From NCBI RefSeq assembly GCF_036321535.1, contig NC_087437.1:69008001-69072000 (forward strand): 64,000 nt of DNA, given 5' to 3'. Positions 49,951 to 63,018 of this stretch are shown one piece after another. Positions within the stretch are counted from its first letter, which is position 1, and the number at the start of each line of letters is the position of its first letter. The stretch comes from Camelus dromedarius. Taxonomy: Eukaryota. The position numbers and the translations under genes were made by a program. Under the pieces are notes generated by a model. The model was not told the DNA's origin, ran no database searches, and saw only the letters and a program-made list of their open reading frames with translations.

Positions 49951-52900
49951 GGGTAGATAAGATCCAGTTTCATTAGGGGAAGCAATGACCCTTATCTTAG
50001 CAGTTTAAATTAGCAAAATTCATGAGGACTAAATCCATAGAACTAGTTGCTACTAGAAATTCATGCACCTATACATTTGATAGTCATATATATGTCATTT
50101 TCTCACTGTACACCAATTTATTATTGCATGTAATTTGTACTTTTAAGAAAGTAGTATCTTCAGTACAGAAAAATTCAGTCAGATACAGTGACTTAATGAT
50201 GCAATAAAATAATGATAAACTACTTTTTCATGACATTAAATATAAGAAGTAGATGTTTTCTGTTTTAATTTTTCACTGATTAAGTACTTGGTAAGGTTCC
50301 AGATTCATAGTTCATCAATATATTAAAAGAAAAGGTTAAATTCAAGCAATACCACTCTTTCCATTGTCAGTGGATATGCATGATGAACTGACTTCTGTGT
50401 GAACGTAGACACATGCAACTCGACTTAGTTTCATATGTGATTTAAAGTTTGAATACTCTGTTAAGATTTGACTGCTCTGAATGCTCCTCTTAAAGTTGAT
50501 AAGACTCCTGAATTATGACCATAGCTGTAGAAAACATTAGACTTAAGATTTGTTCGAATTCTTCCCTTTCCTCACCCTGGCCCCTGGAAAATAAATAAGA
50601 ATGGTTCTTTTCATAAATCCAAGAGATTCAGCATATCAGTAGAATGTGCATTTAAACTTTTAATACCAAAGTTATATTTAGGGGAAGAAAATTCAGTATT
50701 TTAACATGGTTTCATTAGAAATCTTATTAATAAGTTCTAGGGACTGAACTAACAAAGACAGAGCAAGATACATCTTCCATCATTTTAAATGTCCACTAGG
50801 TCGAGAAGGTTGAACAACTCCAAGCCTGATGCACTGTGGAGTCTTATGTGTTATGAAGCTCTTCCTCCACACAATGTGAGAATAAAATCTCACATAGTCC
50901 CCACTGTAGCATGGCTGCTTATTATTTTTACATCAGACTATTGCTTGTGTGTTTCTTCATAGCACACCTCTGCGATAGGTTTTACTTCCATTTTCAGAAA
51001 AATCAGAGTATAGCAACCCTAGTAACTTTCCTAAACTCATAGGACAGCCGAGGCAGAGAAAGATTCAATGGACAGTGTCAGAATATAAACTGATACACTG
51101 TAAGTTTTCTAGTAATTAGCTAAGAAATAATCTTTAAAAGGTACAGGGAATTTGTGCTTACATATGTAAGGATCAGGGATATTTGGAAACTTCAAACCTC
51201 CCTGAATAATGCATTTCTTTGTGGACACAGTCATTTGTATAGTCATTTCTCCCTCCTTCATCACCCGCCCATCCCTTCTTTATTATGAAGGGGCCCCGAA
51301 GTTTCCCCATAAAACCATGGCCTGTGCCCCCGTACTGTTCTCCTGCTTATACACACACTGCCTCAGTCTGACAGCTCAATCAATTAATCATGACCAGTCT
51401 CCTCCTGGCACTGACACAGAGGCCCTTTCAGCTGGCAGAAGACAATATTTTAAAAAGTACCTAAAAAAGAAAACATTTTAAAAATATGCTTAGTAAAGTA
51501 ATACTTCATCTGCATTTACTCCCCCCCCACACACTTATGAATAGAATCAATCCAGATTTCCAACTAACTAAAATTTCCCACTGGCATAACAATGACAAAG
51601 CCACCTTAAAATGTTATGATATAATAGTACTTTCTGCTTCTAACTAATACAGTACCCGTGTTGAAAGAATCCAAGGTAGTTTAATGATTTAAAAAAGAAA
51701 CACTATTTCTCACCCTTCCTTTTCTACATAATCTTCATTTTATACACACACACGTATGTGTGTGTGTTAGGATTCTGAAATAGAACTAGCTCCTATGTTT
51801 CCTATTCTAATTTTCTTAAGATTGATGCTATATCACTTTAAAGTTCACCAGAGGCAATTTCCCTTTCTTGGGGGTAAAAATTAAATTTTCTCTCAAGAAC
51901 TTATGAAGGACCTCTGCTAAAGCTCCAGCTGTCTCCAGTACCTAGGGGGATCTTGAGAGCCCCAAATAGTTATAGGTCCTAGAAATCTCCAAACTGGATT
52001 TAATCTGGCAAACTAAAGGCCATACAGACAGACTGCCTTCATGATAGATTGAGTTGTGGCTGGAGAGGTTCTTTCACGGTGGGACTTGGTAGACCACTGG
52101 ATTCAACATGAACTTTCCTCTCAGATCCAGCAAGAAGGAAACATTAATTTTAATAACTCCCCTTAAATCCATACTTAATGTGTTTATATCCTTGATGGAC
52201 TAAAATAGGTATCAGGGTTCTTACAATAGCCCAGTGTATTCTGAGGCTGCTTTCAAATAGTATTTACTTCTGAGGTAGCAGAAATTTTTAGGGATGAGGA
52301 AAAATCTGGAACATTGCCTCCTTCCTTTTGGCACTGTGCCAAATTCTCACCAATATGGAAGCTTTTCTGATAGTCTGCCTGTCCAGAACAACTGGGAATG
52401 ACAGCACTGTATCTCTCTCCTTGGTCCTGAAGCAAAAGCAGTCACACACTACATGACTTTAGATTTAGCGCTAAATACCCTTTAGCAAAAAAAGTTTGAA
52501 AGTGCATGTTAAAAAAAAAAGTGCATATTTTGTAAAAGAGTGTGGTTTTTTCCCCAATTAGTTTAGAGTTGTCTAGCAGAATGGAAAATAAAGGTAGACA
52601 AAGATGCAATAGAAGTTAATTTGGCTAATTTGACATGCAGTTACTTAGAGAAGAATCTCAGTTGGACACACTATTCAGTATTAGTTCCTACAGTTATAAA
52701 AATACTTTTAAGATGAAAAAAAGATAGAAGGTAGTACAATTACATAAATCCCTAAATATTCAACATACAACAATTTTAAAATCAGATAACTTTACTCAGT
52801 TTGAATTCAGAACCGAAAAAAAAGAGAGGAAAAAAAGCTTAGATATTTTATAATTGCATTCACAGTGTTAAGTAACACTGGATTATGAAACTTAATTCAA

Positions 52901-53989
52901 GGTATTCAAGTGATCACAATTACTGTACCACTGGTAGGCATTCATAAACTCTGCTGCTATTTAATGTATCAAACACTTAAACCAGTTCTGCCCTTTATAG
53001 GAAGGGAAAATAAAATAGCCTCCCACAATGCCGCTAAAGAGAAAAGTGCATCCTCCCACCTCCTGTCAGGTATTTCAGTGAAGCTGAGAGTGAACCTGCT
53101 TAGACCTTATTGCACCAGGACGCTGGCTAAAGTTGTCCTCCCCACTCTAAAGCTTTCCAAGACATCTCTAAATTCCACCCCTTCTCATTCCTTGAAACCC
53201 ACCTCGACTGACCTTTCTTTTGGCTTGTGATGAATGTGAGTGAATACACAGGAAGCACCTATGTAACATAGAAAAGGTGGAAAATGTCCCTGAAGACTAA
53301 TCTCTTTTTTTTTCCAATTTTGAATTTAAAAAAATTGATGTTGATTCCTCCTTCTTAACCACAGTCCCTTTATTAGCTTCAGAGCTGGAGTGGATTTAAA
53401 CAAGGCATTACTAAAGCCCACAGCCAATGTGTGAAGAAAAAAAATGGTTCCAGATACTCTCAGACTTCTGGTAAAATTCCAGCCTCCCAGTAATGTCATA
53501 GTATTTTCTGAAGACTTGCCAAAAGACTTGAAAAGGAAAAATAAAATAAAGTCCCCAAAGAATTGCTGAGGGACACTGACATTATTCTAAGTAGATCTAC
53601 AGAGAAGTATTATGTGACTTGTTTGAGAACTTCAGGACATTTAAGTCATTATTTACCTTATGTCTTACAGAAATGTACACATGTTTTATGTACTCAGGAT
53701 TTAAAGGGAAAAACTATCTTTTTTTTTGGCATCAAAATTTAATCTGACATGGTTTATACCCTATCCTTTCTCTTTCGGGGTTTTTGCTTAAACATTTCAG
53801 ACATACATAGCAAAGAGATGCTTTTAAAAACTAATTTTTTCATGCCACTAGTTCATGAAACACTTTTGCAGTGATGCTATCTCTTTGATGACTTGTGATC
53901 AATTTTATTCTACTCTATAACAATTTCAAAGTAACCACAATATTGTTCTTACTAATCATTATTGAAATTTGAGTTAACTTGACTTCTGT

Positions 53990-54640
53990 TTCTACCCATG
54001 TCTGATCTACCCACCAACTGCTCCTCCTCCATCCTTTTCATTTCTGTCTCCATAAAGTAGGTCCTCACCACCAGAGTCCTGAATAATTACAGTGGCCTGT
54101 CTCTTTCTCTTTTTAATGTGGTCTTCAATCTGTCCTGCTCCCGACAGATAAATGGCATTTTAAAAACACGTTTTGACGATAATTCACCCTCACTTAAAGC
54201 TTTTCAGATCTCTTCTTTTGGTAGGAAGCTTTAACCTGAAATTTAAGGCCCAAATTTGTCTGACCACAGCCTCTTTCATTTTATTAATTTTCCACATGAG
54301 TCCTTCTTTCTGGATAGAGTGTTCTGTGGACTGTCTCCTGGACCTTCCATCCTCATCCCCTGCCTTTTGCTCATGGTGTGCTCTGGGTCTGAATTCCCTA
54401 CTTCTTCCCCTTTGCTTGTAAATATTGAACATAAGCCCTTCTTCCTCTTCTATGAAGCTCTACCAGGACTTCTCAGAGTAATCCCATAACTCATGCCTTT
54501 ATCATTCATTCTATCAGCTAATTATTTTCTCTATTGAGTTATTATATAATTACTTCCTCTGTGTACCACCTAAACTAAAAACCTTTCAGCATTTCCATTT
54601 CCCTTGAGTCCCCAAATCACCTAGCACAATTCTAGGAGGC
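53990..54640 (+). mobile_element. L2 fragment
   Basis: cacttaaagcttttcag, tttaaggccc, cacctagcacaatt. Confidence 0.5.
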
Positions 54641-55279
54641 AATGGAGGGAATGCATAGATGAAACAAGATTATCAAAAAAGATTTGATAGTGAGATACTC
54701 TGATTTCCATTAAAACTGTATTTTAGTCCCAATAAACTATATTCATTGTTTAGATGTTAAACATTCAAAACAGTGTATCAGCACTGGGTGCAGGCATTTG
54801 GCCATTTGTAGCATTAAGGTATCAAAAAAGGACACTGGTTCATAGTTGTGTATTATTCTTATTAAATATGGTAATATCATTTACTAAATAGACACTGTAT
54901 TTACATTCTTCATTATCATATCCCTATAATCACTGCTTTCTATAATTTCTTTCATTTGTTCCATTTCTGAACCATTTCCAGGGTAATAGTAAATTATCTA
55001 GTGTGGTAACTGTGCTGCTGCCTCCATTATTACCCTGGTCCTGTATTCCATTCTATTCCATTAGATAGCCTGAAAGTCCTGGACCCTCCCTTGGTCCCCA
55101 AAACTGTAACTTAAGCTTTCTATGTAAAGATAAATATTTTCCTTGCCAGAAAGACATCAGAATCCATGAAAATCATTTGCTTACTAACGCCTTAACTGGA
55201 AAAGGGAAAAACCAGTATTTTAAACTTACATGCATTGATACGAATAAAGGCTAAGTTACTAGTCTCAAAATGGTGCTTA

Positions 55280-55905
55280 TGGTGGGAATGTACAGTGGTA
55301 CCGTTTGGTAGTTCCTTAAAAAGTTAAACATAGAATTACACATGGCCCAATATTTCCACTCCTAGTTATATGCCTCAAAGAAGTGAAAACAGGTATTCAA
55401 ACGAAAACTTGTACATAAGTGTTCAGAGCAGCACTATTTTCAATATCTAAAATATGGAAACAGCCCAAATATCCATCAGTGAATGACTGGATAAGCAAGA
55501 TACCATTTAGCCATACAATGAATTATTGGGTCATAAAAAATAATGAAGTGCCTAATATATATATGATGTACATATGCTATATAATGTAGATCTATCAGTA
55601 ATGTATGCTATATCATCAACTTTGTAAACATGCTCAGTGAAAAAAGCTAGTCACAAAATAACTCATATTATGTCATTCCATTTAAATGGAGTGTCCAGAA
55701 TAGGCAATAGGCAATACTACAGAGACAGAAAGTTGATTGCTTAATGCTGGAGTGGGAATTGGAGACAGGGTGTGATGGCTAAAGTTTATACGGTTTCTCT
55801 GTGGTGATGGATGCACACATCTTTGCATACATTAAAACCTACTAAAGTGTATCTTTTAAGTGGGTGGATTGTATGGTATGTATTCTATGCTATAAAAAAA
55901 CTTTA
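55280..55905 (+). mobile_element. L1MB-type 5'-truncated L1
   Basis: aaaagttaaacatagaattac, aaaacttgtaca, tggaaacagcccaaatatccatca; 13-bp TSD with 1 mismatch (aaaatggtgctta 55267-55279, aaaatggagctta 55906-55918). Confidence 0.9.
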
Positions 55906-57701
55906 AAAATGGAGCTTAGGAAAAGTTATTTTCAGTTTAGATAAATGGCTGTTTGCACTGAGACATTTACTCACAGGAAATGGAAAAATTAAAAAAACAC
56001 TACATGTTTCAATGCTGTCTCCTGGCATCCTTGTTCCACTGGAAAGGAAGTGGAGGAACTTTCGTCTTAATTGACATTAGGGCTTATAGTTTCTGTCCAG
56101 TCTAGGGCACATGTGCTAATGTTAAGGAAGCCAAGAGTCCTCAGAGAGTTATATCCCTTGCCACAAATCAGAAGAAAGAAAGGGAGTCCGTAAGGTCCCA
56201 GGCAGGTAGGGTAGCAGCAGTGTGGTCCAAGTGTGCATCTGTTTACCTCAGGTTACACTGGAGAGCAGCCATCAGATTTCCCTTTTTCACAGGGTCAGCA
56301 GGGTATAGTCTGAGTTTTATTGCCAGAGGACAGCACTTGAGTGTCAAATAATCTAGTCACTAGGAGGTTGAACAGATGTTTAGAGGTGTTGGATGCTTAG
56401 GACTCTGAAGATTATAACACTGGAAGAAGAAGAAGGAGAGGGAGAGGGAAAGAGGAGGAAGAGGAAGAGGAAGAAACAAACCTCACTGATCTTTTCAAAA
56501 CACGTAGCATTTGTTCTTAAGTTCAAAATATTGCATTCTTCCCAAAATTGTTTATTTCTCCATATGTAATTCTATTAGCCAGCTTTGTATCTAGGATTTA
56601 TAGCTTTTATTTCATGGAATGACCCAGTGAGCAATAGTCACATTACACATGGTATTTACTTAAGAGGATGAAGCCGCAGAGAGGGTGGGTTACAGAGACT
56701 ATTGACCAAAGCATTGGGCTACTGCCCCCAGCATTCTCGCTTCTGCACCTGAATGACCTCATTTCACCAATGAGCAGGGTGATTGTTCTGCAAGTGCATT
56801 TAACATGTCCAGGAAAGATGCCATAAATGATATCTGGGGCTGCAACTGTTGCCTGATCCTTCTTCCCTTTGATTCTATTCCCAAACATGAAAAATAAGGA
56901 GATTATAAATGTAAACACCATCTGTCATCAGCTGCAAATCGTTCCCGCCCACCACGAGAGACTTTCTCTAAAAAGACGAATTCTCCACATTACATTTTTT
57001 TTTCAAGTGAAGGGTCATATTAAAGAGCTCTAGATTCTAATTTACTTTGCTGATGTCCTACTATTGTTTAATACAATGGGCTTTTAACGTGAAGGCTAGT
57101 GAAGTTTTCCGATGGCTGCAGTAGCCCGCGAGTGAAGGGCTGTCTTCCTCCTTTTGCCCACTCAAATCAGAGTGAAAATATCAGCACACCTGAGGGGACT
57201 TTCCCAGTAAATATTTTTTTTAAATGCCACCTACACTTTCCAGTGTTAAAATAACTAGTAATACTTTCAATAATGCAGCCAAAATATGTCATATGAGTTA
57301 TATACTAATGCTATATTACTATTGGCACTGATAGCATCCATATATATTTGCATCTTCTAAGTGAAAAATAGAGGTAAATGTACATCCATAGGGCAGTCGG
57401 TACCACATATTGCCCTGCTCACAAATGCAGTCTATAGTAGAAAATTTTTAAAACTATATACACGTGCATACTGTAAATTCTCAAATCTCTGTATTTTTCT
57501 CTGTTTCTTGCAGTGTCTGTCTCTCCCTCTCTCTCAATCTTGCCTTTCAGTTTCCATGACCTCCTTCATTCTTGATCTACTTAACGTAAAGCTGATGTAC
57601 TACTAATATAAATGAAGATGCCATGCTAGCAAATGCTTGTGATTAACCACAGTTGTTCAGTCACTCGCCTCCTGCTACTTCTACATACTCCACAATAAAC
57701 A

Positions 57702-57745
57702 GTGCGTGTGTGCGAGTATGTGCGTGTGTGCGTGTGTGTGTGTGT
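57702..57745. repeat. (TG)/(CG) alternating purine-pyrimidine repeat
   Basis: Seen directly. Confidence 0.85.
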
Positions 57746-57994
57746 TTCTTGGCAGTCACAGCATATGACAGTGCAAAACCACTGGTGTGACAAATGACTT
57801 TATATTTCTCTTGGGCAGAATGTTTAAGAAAGTGCTCACATTCATGCTCCTCCCATCTTCTGTCTCCTTCTCCACACACCATGCACTGTTGAGTGGTGTC
57901 TTTGATTACAGTACATGAACCAGAAAAGAAGAAAGGGCTCTTGCTGGAGAGAAGAAAATCTCACTGATAACTCTTGGGTTGTTTGCTCACTTAC

Positions 57995-58086
57995 CTGGAA
58001 ATGGCTCAAAGTATTTCAGGATTAAACGGGATGTTGGAATTTTTCTCCTGTGCTTCCTGAGCCAGGTGTCAGGAAATACCAGGTTT
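57995..58086 (-). other. Candidate exon (92 nt)
   Basis: Consensus donor CAG|gtaagt, moderate acceptor ttttacttatgattacag|, one open frame. Confidence 0.3.
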
Positions 58087-60154
58087 CTGTAATCATAAGT
58101 AAAACTGCTGAAGTTTGCCGAGACTGAGATTAAATCAGGAGTATAAAATGTGTTTAGGATCCAGCATAATTATCTATAGACAGCTCACTGAGAAATATGA
58201 CAACAGGCTGAGAGTTCTTTGGTTTCCCCTTTATACTGAATCTTTTCTCATATAATCCTTTTCTCGTTGTTAGGTTTTGGAAATTTATATATTTGCTCAT
58301 CCACTGCTGATTCTTTTTTCCTGGAGTAAGCTATTACCAGTCCTTTATAATGAAAGATATTCATTATTCATTTTATCTCGCCAAAGCCCCCCACCCCACA
58401 AAAATCACAAAGAGTGAATTAATTCTTCATTACTATTCACTGGAAAAGAAAAGACAGTGTAACGTTCACCTGGGTTTTTACAGCAGAACAAAATCTTTCT
58501 CTATGGTGGTGATGAGTAGGGCACTGTGCATCATTCTGTCCTACAAAGAGGAGCGTCCTGGAGTCAGGAAAGACTGAGATGGGGCATGAATGACAGCACC
58601 AGTTTGGGCAACCAAATTAGGTCTTTATCATGAATTCAAAGGGTACTGTTCTGGGGGAGGCGGATGTAAGTACTTGCAGTGATTTATTCAATTTTCTGAC
58701 CTTGGAGGATAGAGTTAAAGCTAGGAAATATTGATATAGATGACACTTGACATTCATAAAAGAAATATCCCAGGCTTTCACATTGTACCCATGTCTGTCC
58801 TTGCCCTCTGCCACTGTCCCCCATTGAGAGTAACAGGTACATTAGGATGCTTAGATGTGAGTGTGAATCCCTGGGTTGCAGACATTTATGTGGTATCATT
58901 CACTCTGGGTTGGAGCTAAACAGCTTCCTGAATAGACCAGGTCAGGGCCATGGGTTTCCACTGGGTGCCCAACTGGAGAGTAGGGAACCATCTCTGCTTC
59001 TCATTGTGCAGAACACAAACATGTATGTTGAATTTAAACTGATTTGCTGAGATGTAGGGGAATTTAAGAGGCCTTTCATCTCCCTTCTTACTCCTCCCTT
59101 TCCTCCCATCTCAGGGTGAGAAACCTAATGCCACTTTGTGATGGGAGTGTGATTGGATGTTACATAAACTTTAACGTGGCCCTTATCTGGGAAGACTAAG
59201 TTAGCGTCAGTCATTACACATTAGCTCACAATAGTAGGTTAGATTTCTGATAAAGAGTAACCCTCAAAGAGTAGAGCAAAAAAGATCATGGTCTTGGACT
59301 ACTGCAGTGGTGGCTGAGACAGCTGGCAGGCAAAGGGACTTGGGAAAGAGAAAGAAAACATGAAGGCTGTGGATGCCCACTGGTACCAAGTCTGGCTACA
59401 AAGGGAGCAGGGAAAACAGATGTGACCTACTTTTTAATTATACCTCAGGCAAGCATCTTTGGGACTTAGTTTTGGGGAATATAGAACTTTGAGTCTTTTA
59501 TAAAGTTTTTTACAGTAAATATTGAGGAGAAAACATGAGTCAGAGAAAGACTATTTTATAGCTACATGTATATATATCATATATAGACACACATGCATAT
59601 ATATAACATATGTAATCGATACATTTGTAAAGCACACAGGCATAGGTAATGAGTAGTTCAAAATATTTTTCTTTGAATAGGTGAGAATTTAACTGAAAAT
59701 AAATGATAACTTGGAGAGAATTCTTGATCAGAGAAGGATTTTCTGTATAGAAGCAAAGTGGTTCACAGTCAAAATGAGCCATTTCAGGCTAGACACTATA
59801 TGTGCATAGATAAATAAGCAAATCAATCAGCTAAACAACCATTTTTCATTCTTGGAGTCTGGAGGTCTCCACAGCCCTTGAGACTTTTACAGGAAAAAAT
59901 GTTATTTTTGAGTTCTGTTGCCAGTTGCTTGGCATTCTAAATTCAGAAAAGAGCCCAAACATATTGTCACATTGTTCATTAGAACCTACATGTGGCTGTA
60001 TCTGTTACCCAAGCATTTACTGAGGGCTGACAATGGGCAGGGCACTGAATGCTATACAGGAACTGCACAAATTTCCTGCCTCCAAAACCTCATAGTTTTG
60101 GAAGGCAGATGTGTAAATATATATATATATATATACACATATATATATATAAAA

Positions 60155-60430
60155 TAACAGTAAGCACGTATGCCATGCTTGCAGTGTGCCAGACCCCATT
60201 CTGTGTACTTTATATATCTATCTATCTAGCTTCTCCCCCATATGTATTATCTTCGAGTATTGCTCAGAGCAGCCTTATAAGGAAGGAAACATTATTATCT
60301 CATTGCACAGTTAAGAAATTTAGGCAAAGAGAGATGAAGTTAACTTGTCCCAGGTCACAGAGCTATTAAATGTTGGTGTCAGAATTTGCACCTAGGCAGT
60401 TTAGCTCCTGAGTTCGTAAGTTTAACCACA
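60155..60430 (-). mobile_element. MIR SINE, preceded by (TA)n at 60117-60150
   Basis: gtgtgccagacccc...aagttaacttgtcccaggtcacagagcta...ttaaccac. Confidence 0.8.
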
Positions 60431-62110
60431 GTGGATGGAAAGATACATGGGATACAACAGGGGTATAAATGAGGCAAGTAAGAAAAGGTATCCTAGAGGG
60501 TGATAAACCTGAATTGATTTTATATATATACATAGTATACATTCATATACATATATATGAATGACGGTGGGGGAGTGAGGAGAAAGAACCAGCAACTTAC
60601 TTTCCTGATAGTTATTTTTGTTAATGATTTCTCATTTTACTAAACAAGGCTTCTGTACAGCAGATTTCGTTTCTTCCATTCAATCAACTACACATCAATT
60701 ATGAAGGGAAAAAAACTGATTTTCCTAATATACCACGCTTAAATAAATTGATGACTGTGATGGAGTGAGGGAAACAGATACCGTGGTTATAAATTGCATG
60801 AGGTAGGCGTGGAGGTTGGGGCATCATTGATTTGATGTAATACGTAAGTGAAATCAGAAAGCATCTCCTTGATCTAAAATATTTCTGCTACCAGACTACA
60901 TATGCCTTGGTGTCACAGCATTTAAGGCAGCAGATGTTATCTGGAAGGGATAAACCCTTTGATGGTCATTAACGCATTAGCTCATATTACACTTATCAGT
61001 TCCCTAGCAGAGATCAAAAAGGCTAAACGGTAGGCCAGTGAGGTGGAGGACAAAGAGGTTATGACTGGTAGAATTTGGAGAGAAGAAAACTGGTAAGAAT
61101 GATCGACACCTTATGGGCTGTCGCAGGCCAAGAGAGGCAGTGATACCTGGGGCAGGGGGCATGGGCAAGGGCAGTACTTCAATCTCAACCATGTAGCCAT
61201 GTTGCATTCAAATACCCAAGAATGTTTATCTAGGAAGCAGTTCCAGGAATTTTCCCACAGTTCTACCATTTTTCTTTCCCATGAATGAGGAGCTGGGACA
61301 TTAGTCATGTCCTGAACGGGTGGGATAGGGTGGAAACAAACTATTCTTTGGGTATAAATTTATTTTTTAACTTACTATATCAGTCAAGTAGTAAAGAAGG
61401 TAAGACAATGTTAGAGCTTATAGAACACTCAGTTCCCTCCAGTGACTGGCAGGTTTGAAATCCAGGGTTATTCTTGTCAACTCAGTAGGTACCCCCCGCC
61501 CCAACTCAGTGTAACTGCAATACTTTTGCTGCCCTAGATGTCAGACATTATCCTGCAAAATCTAATAATCTTCCCAAGAGCACAAGGTACCTTGCAGGTG
61601 TCAACCTAAATAATATAAATGGAGGCAAGCTAAAATTACTAGAAATTGCTTTTGTTCAGGAATACCAGAGGAACTGCAATTTAGGAACATACTCTGTAGC
61701 AAGCTACAGGCCAGTCCTTGAGGGTTTTGGGGTGGGCTGTATTTATGCGAAGATGGGGAAGTCCAGCCAGAGTCCAAGCAATAAGTTCACTGGCTTGAGT
61801 ATGGGGAGAGATTCTTGGCAGATGTTCATTGGTCAAGAGATGAGTCTTGGTCTTCTGTAAATCAGGCATTTGATGGATATCAGTATCTAAGCTCTTTCGT
61901 TCCATTCTTCTGAGGATGCATGTGGAGATTCTCCATTTCATATCCTCTGGTTCCACTTTAGATTGAAATCCTTTCTCGTGGGAACATGCTAACACTCAGT
62001 GAGACAGATGCCTCAATACTCCCTCCTCTCTCCCATGAAGAATGGCTTTCTTTTTCATTGTTTCACTCCCTCTCAAAGAAGGACAGGTGGATCCAAAGAA
62101 GACATTTGGC

Positions 62111-62293
62111 AAGGGTTGCCAGGTTTAGCAAATAAAAATAGAAAATATCCAAATTTGAATTTTGGATAAATAATGGTATATTTTTAGTATAAGTATATTA
62201 CATGCAATACTTGGGACATATGCTAAAAAATTATCTGTTGTTCATCTGGAATTCAGTTTTAACTGGATGGCCTTATTTTATCTGGCAATCCCA
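62111..62293. mobile_element. MER53 palindromic DNA transposon
   Basis: agggttgccaggtttagcaaataaaaata...tttttagtataagtat...ttgggacata...tatctggcaatccc. Confidence 0.92.
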
Positions 62294-62309
62294 TATATGA
62301 TGAGTGAAA

Positions 62310-62540
62310 AGAGAATAGGTCTTGTTATTTAGCAGAAGAGGTATTCAAATCTCACCTCTGCTACTTAGCAGATGGGTGCCATTGGAAATTTACTTGAGTC
62401 TCTGAGCCTGTTTCTTCCTTTGAACAGAGAGAACAGTACTAAACTATCACAAGGTTGGGGAGAAGATTAAGTAAGCTAATAATATGAATTATGTGTAAAA
62501 TGCCTGCTAATGGAAGGATGTCAGTAAATAATGGCTCCAT
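62310..62540 (+). mobile_element. MIR SINE
   Basis: ttcaaatctcacctctgctacttagc...tctctgagcctgtttc...gaagattaag. Confidence 0.75.
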
Positions 62541-63008
62541 CTGGGGCATCATGGTACTCAGGGGGTTCTGTATAAACTGATAACAATTATTTATGACGGA
62601 CCTTAATTTCTCACTTTCTGAAAGGGTTTTCATTATCTAGATGCAGGATCAGTATCTAATTTTCATGTACATTTTAATATATTTTTAATCTCTGAAGAAT
62701 TTAGTAGGGTTTTTTATGAAAACTATTTCAAAATCTGACTGAAAGCAGTCACACCCTACACTCCTTTGCAAATTCATCCTTTAAAAATTTACTTGTTGTA
62801 TGGCTATGCTTGAGTCCCAAAGCCGTGCAGCCACTCTGCCGATTACCACTCTCCCTTTGTATCCCACCAGGGCATGTGACTTCTGCAGTACTGCACCTCC
62901 CTGCCAGTGAATCTCAGCCTCTGTGTCTCTCTGTCTCTGTTTATCCCCCTTTCCCTCTTTCTTTCTCATACAAACTCTCTTCTGCCACACACACACACAC
63001 ATACTCAC

Positions 63009-63018
63009 CTGCCCTTGC
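63009..63018 (-). other. Candidate 10-nt microexon
   Basis: Long U tract then ccag|GCAAGGGCAG|gtgagt. Confidence 0.25.
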
